The notes beneath the pieces are model-generated. The model was not told where the DNA came from. It searched no databases and worked only from the letters and a program-made list of their open reading frames with translations. Below are positions 16,737-26,268 of a stretch of DNA of 32,000 nt, piece by piece; the first letter of the stretch is position 1; the number at the start of each line of letters is the position of its first letter. Made by a program: the position numbers and the translations under genes. The stretch is from contig APJZ01000002.1 of assembly GCA_000387965.1 (NCBI GenBank), forward strand, positions 160,299 through 192,298, given 5' to 3'. The DNA is from Candidatus Nanobsidianus stetteri (GTDB lineage: Archaea > Nanobdellota > Nanobdellia > Nanobdellales > Nanobdellaceae).

Positions 16737-19550
16737 ATGAATGAAAATAATATAGAATTCTTTAAAGAGATAGAGAAAAAATGGCAAAAGATATGGGATG
16801 AAAAAAATATATATTATTCGAATCCTGATAAAGAAAAACCAAAGTTTTTTGTTACATTTCCATATCCATATGTGAGTGGATTTCTTCATATTGGTACTGC
16901 CTTATCTTTAACTAGATTAGATATTATTGCTAGATATAAAAGATTAAAGGGTTATAATGTATTATTTCCCCAAGGTTTTCATCTAACTGGATCACCAATT
17001 GTCGCAAAATCGTGGAGATTAAGAAATGGAGATCAAAAAATTATAAAGGAATTAAAAGATGAGGGAGTTTCCGATGAAGATATAGAAAAACTAAAAGATC
17101 CAGCAGGATGGGCTTTATACTTTGTAAAAAAAGCTGAGGAAGATATAAAAAATTTGGGATGTTCAATAGATTGGAGAAGGGAATTTTATACAACATATTT
17201 ACATCCATGGTATAATAAATTTATAGAATGGCAATATAGAAAATTGAAAGAAAAAGGTTTGGTTATAACTGGGAAGCATCCTGTGGTATATGATCCAGTT
17301 GCAAATATACCTGTTGGAGATCATGATAGACCGGATGAATATGCTGGAATAGGTCCTACAGAAGGTTATATAATTTTATTTAGATTAAAAGATGAGGATA
17401 TAATATTATCAGCATTTACATTAAGACCAGAAACATTATATGGAGTAACTAATATATGGATAAATCCAAATGGAAAATATTCAATATATTTAGATAAAGA
17501 AAGTGGTAATAAATATATATTACCAGATACAATAGTTGTTAAGGAATTTAATGCGCAAGGATATAAATTAGAGAAAATTAGAGATATTGATGTTAAAGAA
17601 TTGATTGGAAAAGAATCCATAAATCCATTAACAAATGAAGCAGTACCGATATTGCCTGCAGAATTTGTTGATATAAAAACAGGAACTGGTATTGTTATGA
17701 GTGTTCCTTCTCATGCTCCATACGATTATATTGGATTAAGAGATTTATTAAATACAGAATATAAAGAAATAGCAAAGAAATGTTTAGATAGTATGAAAGT
17801 TTTATTTAGGGTTCCTGGATATAATATACCAGCAAAAGAGATTGTTGAAAAAATGAAAATAAATAATCAAAAAGATGTACAAAAATTAGAAGATGCAACA
17901 AAAGAAGTATATTCTTTAGAATATTATAATGGAATATTAACAGATATTTTTGGAAAATATAGTGGTATGAAAATATATGAAGCAAAGGATAATATTGCTA
18001 AAGATTTTATAGAGAAAAATATAGCAAAGATATATTATACATTAAAGCCAAGATTTGAATCTAGGTATGGTAATCAATGTATTATAAAAATTATAGATAA
18101 TCAATGGTTCTTAAAATATTCAGATCCTGAATGGAAAAAACTTGCCCATGAATGTATAGATAGTATGAACTTTTATCCAGATTATGTAAGACAAGATTTC
18201 CATCAAAAAATAGATTGGTTAAAGGATTGGGCATGTGCACATAATAAGGATGAATTGGGAACACCCTTACCCTGGGATAAATCCTGGGTTATAGAATCAT
18301 TATCAGATTCTACAATATATATGGCATTTTATACAATTGCTCATCTAATAAAAAATATAGATCCGGATAAAATTGAAGATGATTTATTTGATTATATATT
18401 TTTGAATAAAGGAAATGGGGAGGAAATAATAAGAAAATATGGTGATATTGTAAAGAAGATGAAAGAAGAATTTGAATATTGGTATCCCGTAGATTTAAGA
18501 AGTTCAGGAAAAGATTTAATTCCAAATCACTTATCATTTTTCATATTTCATCATGTTGCAATATTTGATAGAAAATATTGGCCAAGGGGTATTGCTATAA
18601 ATGGATATGCTGTAGATGCATTGGGAAGAAAAATGTCAAAATCTTTGGGAAATTATATATCATTAAGAGATGCTTTAAGAAAATATTCTGCAGATATATT
18701 AAGATTTATTATTGCAGGGTCAGCAAATTCATCCTATGATGATGCAAAGATAGATTTAGAAAAATCGGAATTTGTAATGAAATATTTAATATCATTTTAT
18801 AATTATTCGATAGAAAATTATAATAAATATAAAGAATATGAAAAAAGTTATATAGATCTATGGTTTGAAAATAAATTAAATAAATTAGCAAAAGAAATTG
18901 AAGACGAATATGAGAAATTAAATTATATGAATGTAATTAATAAAATATTTGAATTGGATAATTCTTTTGAATGGTATCTAAAGAGAGCTTCTGGTAAGAT
19001 AAATGGAAAAGTTATAAATAAATATATTGAATATAAGGCGATATTTTTATATCCAATTGTTCCCCATATTATTTCTGAAATATTTGAAAAAATTGGTCTA
19101 GATCCTTTTAATGTAAGATATCCAGAAAATTTAAGTTATACGGATGAATATGAAAAATATGAAAAATATGTAAAATCTGTAAGGGATGATTTAATAAAAT
19201 TAAAAATATTAATGAATAATAAAAAATTTAATAAAATAAAAATAATAATTGCAAGTAAGGAGAAATATGAATTATTTAACGAATTGAAAAATAATAAAAA
19301 CAAAATTGATGAATTTTTAAATAATTATCCAAACTATAAGGATATAATATCGTTTGTAAAGAAAAATATATATATACTTGACGAATTTTTAGATAGAGAA
19401 AAGGAATATGAGCTATTAAAATCTTCTATTGATTTATTTAAATCAGAATTAAATGTTAAAGATATAATTATAGAATATGAGGAAGAATCAAAAGAATCTA
19501 AAAAAAGTAGGGCGATGCCATATAAACCAGCTATCGTATTTTTAGAATAA
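16737..19550 (+). CDS. leuS: Leucyl-tRNA synthetase (archaeal type)
   Basis: 937 aa. KWQKIWDE N-terminus, class I motif PYVSGFLHIGT, LFPQGFHLTGSPI, CP1 editing TLRPETLYG, and KMSKS (GRKMSKSLGN). Confidence 0.93.
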   Translation: MNENNIEFFKEIEKKWQKIWDEKNIYYSNPDKEKPKFFVTFPYPYVSGFLHIGTALSLTRLDIIARYKRLKGYNVLFPQGFHLTGSPIVAKSWRLRNGDQKIIKELKDEGVSDEDIEKLKDPAGWALYFVKKAEEDIKNLGCSIDWRREFYTTYLHPWYNKFIEWQYRKLKEKGLVITGKHPVVYDPVANIPVGDHDRPDEYAGIGPTEGYIILFRLKDEDIILSAFTLRPETLYGVTNIWINPNGKYSIYLDKESGNKYILPDTIVVKEFNAQGYKLEKIRDIDVKELIGKESINPLTNEAVPILPAEFVDIKTGTGIVMSVPSHAPYDYIGLRDLLNTEYKEIAKKCLDSMKVLFRVPGYNIPAKEIVEKMKINNQKDVQKLEDATKEVYSLEYYNGILTDIFGKYSGMKIYEAKDNIAKDFIEKNIAKIYYTLKPRFESRYGNQCIIKIIDNQWFLKYSDPEWKKLAHECIDSMNFYPDYVRQDFHQKIDWLKDWACAHNKDELGTPLPWDKSWVIESLSDSTIYMAFYTIAHLIKNIDPDKIEDDLFDYIFLNKGNGEEIIRKYGDIVKKMKEEFEYWYPVDLRSSGKDLIPNHLSFFIFHHVAIFDRKYWPRGIAINGYAVDALGRKMSKSLGNYISLRDALRKYSADILRFIIAGSANSSYDDAKIDLEKSEFVMKYLISFYNYSIENYNKYKEYEKSYIDLWFENKLNKLAKEIEDEYEKLNYMNVINKIFELDNSFEWYLKRASGKINGKVINKYIEYKAIFLYPIVPHIISEIFEKIGLDPFNVRYPENLSYTDEYEKYEKYVKSVRDDLIKLKILMNNKKFNKIKIIIASKEKYELFNELKNNKNKIDEFLNNYPNYKDIISFVKKNIYILDEFLDREKEYELLKSSIDLFKSELNVKDIIIEYEEESKESKKSRAMPYKPAIVFLE

Positions 19551-19586
19551 TAAGATTTATATTTTATGACTTGTTAATTATATTAT

Positions 19587-20246
19587 ATGGTAATAAGTTT
19601 ATTTAAGAAAAAGAATAAGAATGAAGAGGACTTTTATGGAGACCTAGACAATCTAAAAAACCAACTCGGAGGAATGGGTGGTATGTCAGCAGATATGGGT
19701 AATAATTATAATATTCTAGGAACTGGCCAAAATCTTTATGATTATAATAACAACCCGGGTAGTTTTGGCGTATTAGGAAACCAAAACCAGCAACCAACAT
19801 TCGGATCTCAAGGATTTGGTCAACAACCACAATTTTCGGGAATGGGTCAACAAAATATGAGTGGAGTTCAAAATATTAATAACCAACAATTTGGAGGATT
19901 TGGAAATCAGCAATCAATGTTAGGATCTCAAGGATTAAGTCAGAAATTATCTTTAGAGGAAAATAAACCATTATTAAAGGAAAAAGTTAAAGAAGGTGTC
20001 CATAAAAAACATCTAAAAGAAGAAAAACCATTAGAAGTAAGAAAGGAATTATTAATAAAGATAGAAGATTATAAAAGGGTTAGAGAACTATTGCAGCAAT
20101 TAAAGGAAAAAATGTCTGAAGTAGAAAAAATAGTTAGTGAATTGAAGGAAGATGAAAATAAAAGATTAGAAAGTATAAAAGGATTAAAAGAAAAATTGGA
20201 AGAATCGAAAAGTAATATAAATAGTGTGTTGGATATATTTAGATAG
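19587..20246 (+). CDS. Hypothetical protein: Q/G/N-rich FG-like low-complexity domain plus C-terminal coiled-coil
   Basis: 219 aa. Residues about 28-118 are GGMGGM...FGSQGFGQQPQFSGMGQQ...QQFGGFGNQQ. The C-terminal roughly 90 aa are a heptad-like charged helix. An AT-box lies about 27 nt upstream of the ATG. Confidence 0.55.
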   Translation: MVISLFKKKNKNEEDFYGDLDNLKNQLGGMGGMSADMGNNYNILGTGQNLYDYNNNPGSFGVLGNQNQQPTFGSQGFGQQPQFSGMGQQNMSGVQNINNQQFGGFGNQQSMLGSQGLSQKLSLEENKPLLKEKVKEGVHKKHLKEEKPLEVRKELLIKIEDYKRVRELLQQLKEKMSEVEKIVSELKEDENKRLESIKGLKEKLEESKSNINSVLDIFR

Positions 20247-20254
20247 AGTGGAGA

Positions 20255-20325
20255 GCGCCGGTAGTCTAGTGGTAGGACGTAGGCCTGCCTAGCCTAAGAC
20301 CCGGGTTCGAATCCCGGCCGGCGCA
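20255..20325 (+). tRNA. tRNA-Gly (anticodon GCC)
   Basis: GCGCCGG/CCGGCGC acceptor with discriminator A. Anticodon stem TAGGC/GCCTA with loop CTGCCTA. T arm CCGGG-TTCGAAT-CCCGG. 71 nt, no encoded CCA. Confidence 0.9.
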
Positions 20326-20329
20326 TAAA

Positions 20330-20770
20330 ATGGTCCATACAATGTCCCTAGATGATTTATATGTTGGAATAAAATCTGAGAAAGATATATTGGGAGTAAT
20401 TAAGAAAGTAAAAAGAAATATATATCTGCAACTATATGATGTATTGCACGATATAAAGAATCACGAAATTAAGGTTCAGAGATTAGATAAATTATTAGAA
20501 AATGCAAAATCTATAAAGGATATAATAGACGAACTATTAAATTTATTACCAGAAATAAAAGATATAGAAGAATTATATAAGGAAATTAATTCTGAAGAAT
20601 TAAATAAAGTAGAAATTAAAGAAAAAAAGAAAGTAAGAAAGAAACCAAAAGTTGAAGTAGCAAAAGAAGAAAATAAAGAAGGCAATAATCAAATTAGAAA
20701 AGAACTAGACGATATATCTGTAGAATTAGAAGAATTAAAAGAGGAATTGAAAAAGTTAATTGAGTCTTAA
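20330..20770 (+). CDS. Hypothetical coiled-coil protein, Lys/Glu-rich
   Basis: 146-aa ORF starting 4 nt after the tRNA-Gly 3' end. The alternative start MSLDD is at 20342. Composition is helical and charged, with no recognisable family. Confidence 0.5.
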   Translation: MVHTMSLDDLYVGIKSEKDILGVIKKVKRNIYLQLYDVLHDIKNHEIKVQRLDKLLENAKSIKDIIDELLNLLPEIKDIEELYKEINSEELNKVEIKEKKKVRKKPKVEVAKEENKEGNNQIRKELDDISVELEELKEELKKLIES

Positions 20771-21739
20771 TAAATTTCCAGTTTTTTCATCATATTTATA
20801 AATAATTTCCTTTCTCTTTAATTTTAATTCTATTTTATCTTTGTAGATATATATTTCATCAAAATCATCCAATATATAAGTATTTTCATTTTTCTCTTCA
20901 ATATCTTTTCTTATATTTTCCATTTCTTCCTCATATCTTTGGCTAAAGTGAGTTAATAATAATATTTTGCTATTACTTCTATTAAATATCTCTCTAACTT
21001 CTAAAAAATCCATATGCATATTTTTCTTTGCCAGATCTGGTTGGAAGAAATATGTAGATTCGGATATTAATATTGTACTATCCTTTGCAAAATCAATCAA
21101 TTTATCAAAAAACATTGTATCAGTGATATATGTAATTTTAATTCCTTTCTTTATATATCCTATATCTTTATAAGATATTTTTTTGCCATTTATTTCTATC
21201 TCCTTTCCTTCTTTTAATTTTTTAATTAATTCTTTATTTTTTATATTATATTTATTTAGAAGATCTTTATCTAGTTTAATATAATCTTTTTCTATAATAT
21301 AATATGAATAAGATATTGTAGAATGTTTAGTTTTTATCCCATATATTTGGAAATCTTCTTCATCAACTATTAAACCCTCCTTTGCTTCTATTATATTTAT
21401 ATCAAAGTTTATTGGAATAATAAAATCTTCAATTATTCCTTTTAAATTTTCTATATTTTCTTTTGGAATTATTATATTTAATTTTTTATTATAATTCATG
21501 CTAGATAAGCTTTGAAAAATACCCGGTAATCCCAAAATATGATCTCCATGCCAATGTGTAATTAATATATAATCTATGTCTGTTGGTGAGATTTTCATTA
21601 TTCTTAACTGTCTTTGTATATTTTCCCCACAATCTAGTAAAATTCCTCTCTTATTGAATTTTATAAAGATTCCCGGATGATTTCTACTCTTAGTAGGCAT
21701 TGACGATGAAGTTCCCAATATTATTATTCTTTTCATCAT
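20756..21739 (-). CDS. rnz: Ribonuclease Z (tRNA 3' endonuclease, metallo-beta-lactamase fold)
   Basis: ILGTSSSMPTKSRNHPGIFIKF..LLDCGENIQRQL and HWHGDHILGLPG (HxHxDH) are RNase Z signatures. The track start is a TTG (21751). The first ATG at 21739 forms a TAATG stop/start overlap with the upstream GT2 gene and is preferred. Confidence 0.8.
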   Translation of the reverse strand: MMKRIIILGTSSSMPTKSRNHPGIFIKFNKRGILLDCGENIQRQLRIMKISPTDIDYILITHWHGDHILGLPGIFQSLSSMNYNKKLNIIIPKENIENLKGIIEDFIIPINFDINIIEAKEGLIVDEEDFQIYGIKTKHSTISYSYYIIEKDYIKLDKDLLNKYNIKNKELIKKLKEGKEIEINGKKISYKDIGYIKKGIKITYITDTMFFDKLIDFAKDSTILISESTYFFQPDLAKKNMHMDFLEVREIFNRSNSKILLLTHFSQRYEEEMENIRKDIEEKNENTYILDDFDEIYIYKDKIELKLKRKEIIYKYDEKTGNLLRLN

Positions 21740-22866
21740 TAAACCTTCCAATTCATTTTTGGAGCTCTTTCAAATATTCCATAATATATTATATCATATA
21801 TTAAGATAATTTCATATAATGGTATATATAATACTGAAAATAATATAAATGAAAGAAAATTATATAACTTTCTTCTTTTTATTGAAATTAATAAGTATAT
21901 ATAGGAAGATGTTAATATTGTATATAATAAAGTTAGATATAGAATGTAAAATACTTTGAAAATAGATGTAGGATTTAATATTATTAAATATATAAAACTA
22001 ATATTTTTAGATAAGTTTTCATACATACCTATGGCAATTTGATATAAGAAAGATGCTGGTAGGTAAATATATATGTAAGTCCATATTAGGTATGGTAAAT
22101 ATAAAATCAGAAGTATAAATATAGAAATTAACATATTTTGAATAAAGAAAGCTACCATATAATCAAGATGATTTAATATTACTTCTATCAATCCAAAACT
22201 CCATCTTTTCCTTTGATCAATCCATTGTCTTAAACTCTTTAATGGTTCAATTAATAATATTACATTTTTTGACATATGATATTTATATCCTTTTTTTCCA
22301 GCTTTCATTGCAAAATCAACATCTTCTACATATACTTTAGAATATCCTTCCACATCATTCCATACACTTTTTTTAGTTGCAAATCCACTGCCATTTAGGA
22401 ATAATGGACTTTTTGTTTTATTCAATATAGGATCAATAATATCAAAATATAAAGAAAATTCTATGAACATAAGGTAACCAAGCCAACCTTTTTTAATTAT
22501 TTCTTTATAGAATTCTATTATATCATATTCTTTTAATTCATCAACAATACCTTTTATATTGATATAATCGATAAAAACATCTGCATCAAAGAAAAATAAA
22601 ATTTCTCCAGAAGATATTTTTACTGCGTCATTAGTTGCAGAAACTTTTCCCCTTCTTTCTCTTGATATAACCAATGTTATATTTTTATACTTACTTTTTA
22701 ATTCCATTAATTTATTTAAGAAATCATCTTCTGGCGAGTCTATTGATATTATTATTTCTTTTAGATCATTTGGATAAGGATCTTCTAATATTTTTTTAAT
22801 ATTATTTTCTAAATGTTTACTTTTTTTATAAATAGGAAATATAATAGATATTTTAGGGAGATCCAT
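21739..22866 (-). CDS. Family 2 glycosyltransferase, processive type (QxxRW) with C-terminal TM domain
   Basis: ISIIFPIYKK N-terminus, FFFDADV (DxD) and QRKRWSFG (Q-x-x-R-W). The C-terminal roughly 150 aa form multiple TM helices, as in cellulose/chitin/hyaluronan-synthase-like GT2 enzymes. Confidence 0.75.
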   Translation of the reverse strand: MDLPKISIIFPIYKKSKHLENNIKKILEDPYPNDLKEIIISIDSPEDDFLNKLMELKSKYKNITLVISRERRGKVSATNDAVKISSGEILFFFDADVFIDYINIKGIVDELKEYDIIEFYKEIIKKGWLGYLMFIEFSLYFDIIDPILNKTKSPLFLNGSGFATKKSVWNDVEGYSKVYVEDVDFAMKAGKKGYKYHMSKNVILLIEPLKSLRQWIDQRKRWSFGLIEVILNHLDYMVAFFIQNMLISIFILLILYLPYLIWTYIYIYLPASFLYQIAIGMYENLSKNISFIYLIILNPTSIFKVFYILYLTLLYTILTSSYIYLLISIKRRKLYNFLSFILFSVLYIPLYEIILIYDIIYYGIFERAPKMNWKV

Positions 22867-22895
22867 AAAAATTATATTTAATACTAATATTATTA

Positions 22896-22958
22896 AAAAT
22901 AGTGATGAAGGTCAGAGTTAGCTGATACATGATGAAATTCAGATACCTCTGACATTTT
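22896..22958 (+). ncRNA. C/D box sRNA (2'-O-methylation guide)
   Basis: C box GTGATGA 22902-22908; 13-nt spacer; D' CTGA 22922-22925; 3-nt loop; C' ATGATGA 22929-22935; 13-nt spacer; D CTGA 22949-22952. The flanks AAAAT (22896-22900) and ATTTT (22954-22958) can form the terminal stem. An AT-box lies about 22-28 nt upstream. It sits in the 72-bp gap between the ATPase stop and the GT2 start, on the opposite strand. Confidence 0.7.
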
Positions 22959-25497
22959 CTACTCTTTCTATTATCCAATATAAAAAGAAGAAATATAATG
23001 AAACTATTGTAAATACTGCTATGTCAATTAAAGATGGTATTATAAATTGAATAATTTCTCTTAAATATCCAATTAAAAATATGGATGTTATAAATGTAGA
23101 TAGAAATATTGATAAATAATATTCTTTTGTTTTTGTTATATTTAATGAAAATAATTTTTCATAATGTATATATAATATTCCTTGTGTTGCTATTAAAAAT
23201 AATATTATTATATAGCTATTATCATTTGTAGCTAAAGCAACAATTATAGAAGTAAGCCCAATAAATATCATATTTCTTATTATTTCTAATTTTGTAGACC
23301 TATCAAATATTTTAACCTTCATTTTCTTTAATATTTTTTTATCTTTAACATCTGATGAACCCATGTATAATGAATTAATTGTTTCAATTACTAAATTTAA
23401 TAATAATAATTGTAAAGCTTGTAAAAATATTTGATTATATATAAAAAATCCAATTGAAATAAATAAAAATATTCCCAATAATTCTGATAATAATACTAAA
23501 ATATATACTTTTAAATTGTATATAATTCTTTTTCCTTCCATAATTAGTTTTGTTATATTATCTATTCCTTTATTCATTAATATAACATTTGCAGAGTCCT
23601 TTGCTATGTCTGTTGCATTATAAAATGAAACACCTACATTAGATATCTTCAAAGCTATAGCGTCATTTGTACCATCTCCAACAAATAATACTCTATGACC
23701 TTTATCTTTTAGTGTTTTTACTATTCTATATTTATCTAAAGGATCTGCATTTACTATAACATGATAATCTTTTAATATCTTATATAGATAATTTTCATTC
23801 AATTTTTTTATTTCATTTGCATCTATTATTTTATAATTTAATTTTAATAATTTCAATATACCTAAGGTATGATCTTTATTATCTCCAGTTACTATATATA
23901 TATTTATACCAAGATCTTCCAATTCTTTTATATATTTTAAAACTCCTTCCCTTATTTTATCCTTTATAAATAATAATCCTAAGAACGTTATATCTTTTTC
24001 TGGTTCTTCATTTTCTTCTATTTCTTTAATACCAATTGCCAATATTCTATAACCTCTTTTTCCATATTCTTTTTCAATTTTTTCTATCTTTTCTTTATAA
24101 TTATTTATTCTAAATATCTTATTGTTTATTATTATATATTTTGAAATAGATAAAAGGGAAGAGGGAGATCCTTTTATTATTGCATATTTCTTATCATTAT
24201 ATTTTACTATTACAGAAGATCTTTTTCTATACGGATCAAAATAATTTACAGAATATCTTTCTAGAAATTTAGAAATCTTAAAATATTTTGTCAATCTATA
24301 TATTGATAAATTTATAGGATCTCCAACATTTTTTTCTATATCTATTGTTAAATAATCTTCTATTGAATTATACAAAAATATTAAGAATTCCCTTACTTCA
24401 TCTATATTTATTATTTTTTTATTATGCATTATATTAGCTTTATCTTTGTAATATTTTACATTGTAAAATTTACCATTATAGAAAAATTTATTTATAACTA
24501 ATTCATTATATGTAATTGTACCTGTTTTATCCAAAACAACAGTATCTATATTGCTAACATCCTCCAATATATTTGGATCTTTTACATATATATGATCTTT
24601 TTCTAATTTTTGACTACTTATTGTATATATTAATACCAATGCTGCAGGCAATCCTTCAGGTATTACAACAATAGCCAAAGCTATTACAAATATTATTAGC
24701 TGGTATAAATTTAGTATATTTTTTATTAATAATATTACAAAAGATATAATTACAATTATTGATATAATTATTATCATATAATATGAAAATTTATCTAATT
24801 CTTCCTGCAATAGAGATTCATCTCTCCTTTGTTTACTTATATTTTTATATATACTTCCATAATATGTATTATTTCCAGTTTCGACTACAACACCAATTGC
24901 AATTCCCTTTATTATATAACTATTTTGGTATATCATATTTTTTCTTTCCTTTACTGGAATGTCCTTCGGTAATATTGTATTATATTTTTTTATAGGTTCA
25001 GATTCGCCAGTTAAAGAACTTTCATCAACTTCTAAATCAATTGACTCTATTATCCTTATATCTGCAGGAGCCCTCTGTCCATATTTTAATACAATAATAT
25101 CTCCAGGAACAATTTTTGATGATTTTATATATTTATATTTTCCATTTCTAATAACTAAAACATTACTCTCTATATTTTCTTCTAAAGATTTTATTATTTT
25201 TTCAGATTTCTTATCATGTAAATAATCTGATATTATATATAATATTAAAAATAATGTTATTGCAGATCCTTCAGTAATACCACCAAAAATAATTGATAAT
25301 ATATCTGCAACAAGAAATAATAATAAAAAAGGATTTTTTAAATATTCTATTAAAATTTCTATAAAATTCTTTTTTTCCAATCTTATTTTATTTTCTCCAT
25401 ATATTTTTAATCTTCTTTCAGCTTCATAATTATCTAAACCCTTATTTGATGTATTTAATTTTTTTAATACTTCTTCAACAGGTAAAGAATGCCACAT
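22939..25497 (-). CDS. Cation-transporting P-type ATPase (P2-type)
   Basis: 852 aa. Cation_ATPase_N-like start (WHSLPVEEVLKKLNTS..GL), TGES, PEGLP in M4, DKTGTIT, TGDN and GDGTNDAIALK. Confidence 0.9.
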   Translation of the reverse strand: MWHSLPVEEVLKKLNTSNKGLDNYEAERRLKIYGENKIRLEKKNFIEILIEYLKNPFLLLFLVADILSIIFGGITEGSAITLFLILYIISDYLHDKKSEKIIKSLEENIESNVLVIRNGKYKYIKSSKIVPGDIIVLKYGQRAPADIRIIESIDLEVDESSLTGESEPIKKYNTILPKDIPVKERKNMIYQNSYIIKGIAIGVVVETGNNTYYGSIYKNISKQRRDESLLQEELDKFSYYMIIIISIIVIISFVILLIKNILNLYQLIIFVIALAIVVIPEGLPAALVLIYTISSQKLEKDHIYVKDPNILEDVSNIDTVVLDKTGTITYNELVINKFFYNGKFYNVKYYKDKANIMHNKKIINIDEVREFLIFLYNSIEDYLTIDIEKNVGDPINLSIYRLTKYFKISKFLERYSVNYFDPYRKRSSVIVKYNDKKYAIIKGSPSSLLSISKYIIINNKIFRINNYKEKIEKIEKEYGKRGYRILAIGIKEIEENEEPEKDITFLGLLFIKDKIREGVLKYIKELEDLGINIYIVTGDNKDHTLGILKLLKLNYKIIDANEIKKLNENYLYKILKDYHVIVNADPLDKYRIVKTLKDKGHRVLFVGDGTNDAIALKISNVGVSFYNATDIAKDSANVILMNKGIDNITKLIMEGKRIIYNLKVYILVLLSELLGIFLFISIGFFIYNQIFLQALQLLLLNLVIETINSLYMGSSDVKDKKILKKMKVKIFDRSTKLEIIRNMIFIGLTSIIVALATNDNSYIIILFLIATQGILYIHYEKLFSLNITKTKEYYLSIFLSTFITSIFLIGYLREIIQFIIPSLIDIAVFTIVSLYFFFLYWIIERVENVRGI

Positions 25498-25536
25498 TTA
25501 TAAATTCTTATAAATTTACGAATTTTATAAATTTAA
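25498..25536. promoter_or_regulatory. 39-bp bidirectional promoter region between the P-type ATPase and tpiA
   Basis: The spacer ttataaattcttataaatttacgaattttataaatttaa contains three TTATAAAT copies (25498, 25508, 25525). The copy at 25508-25515 is 21 nt upstream of the tpiA ATG. TTTATAAA at 25524-25531 is 26 nt upstream of the ATPase start on the other strand. Confidence 0.45.
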
Positions 25537-26202
<666 letters not shown>

Positions 26203-26268
26203 TTTTTAAATATGTTTTAATTTTGACCATGCCAAAATTAAAAGATTTTTAGAAAAAGTATTATTATA

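Noticed and set aside
17366-18891. Minus-strand ORFs 17366-17620, 18310-18537 and 18709-18891
   Set aside because: All are nested antisense within leuS, which is unambiguous.
19146-19170. Tandem repeat gaatatgaaaaatatgaaaaatatg: possible repeat element or CRISPR-like feature
   Set aside because: It is only two short copies inside leuS encoding EYEKYEKY, with no spacer-repeat architecture. No CRISPR array occurs anywhere in the window.
19603-19830. 75-aa minus-strand ORF opposite the Q/G/N-rich region
   Set aside because: It is an antisense shadow. The sense ORF has a start with an AT-box and continues into a coherent coiled-coil.
20476-21173. ORFs 20476-20685 (minus) and 20967-21173 (plus)
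   Set aside because: They are antisense to the coiled-coil ORF and to RNase Z respectively, with repetitive S/F/L composition.
24783-25225. Plus-strand ORFs 24783-24995 and 24959-25225
   Set aside because: They are nested antisense in the P-type ATPase gene.
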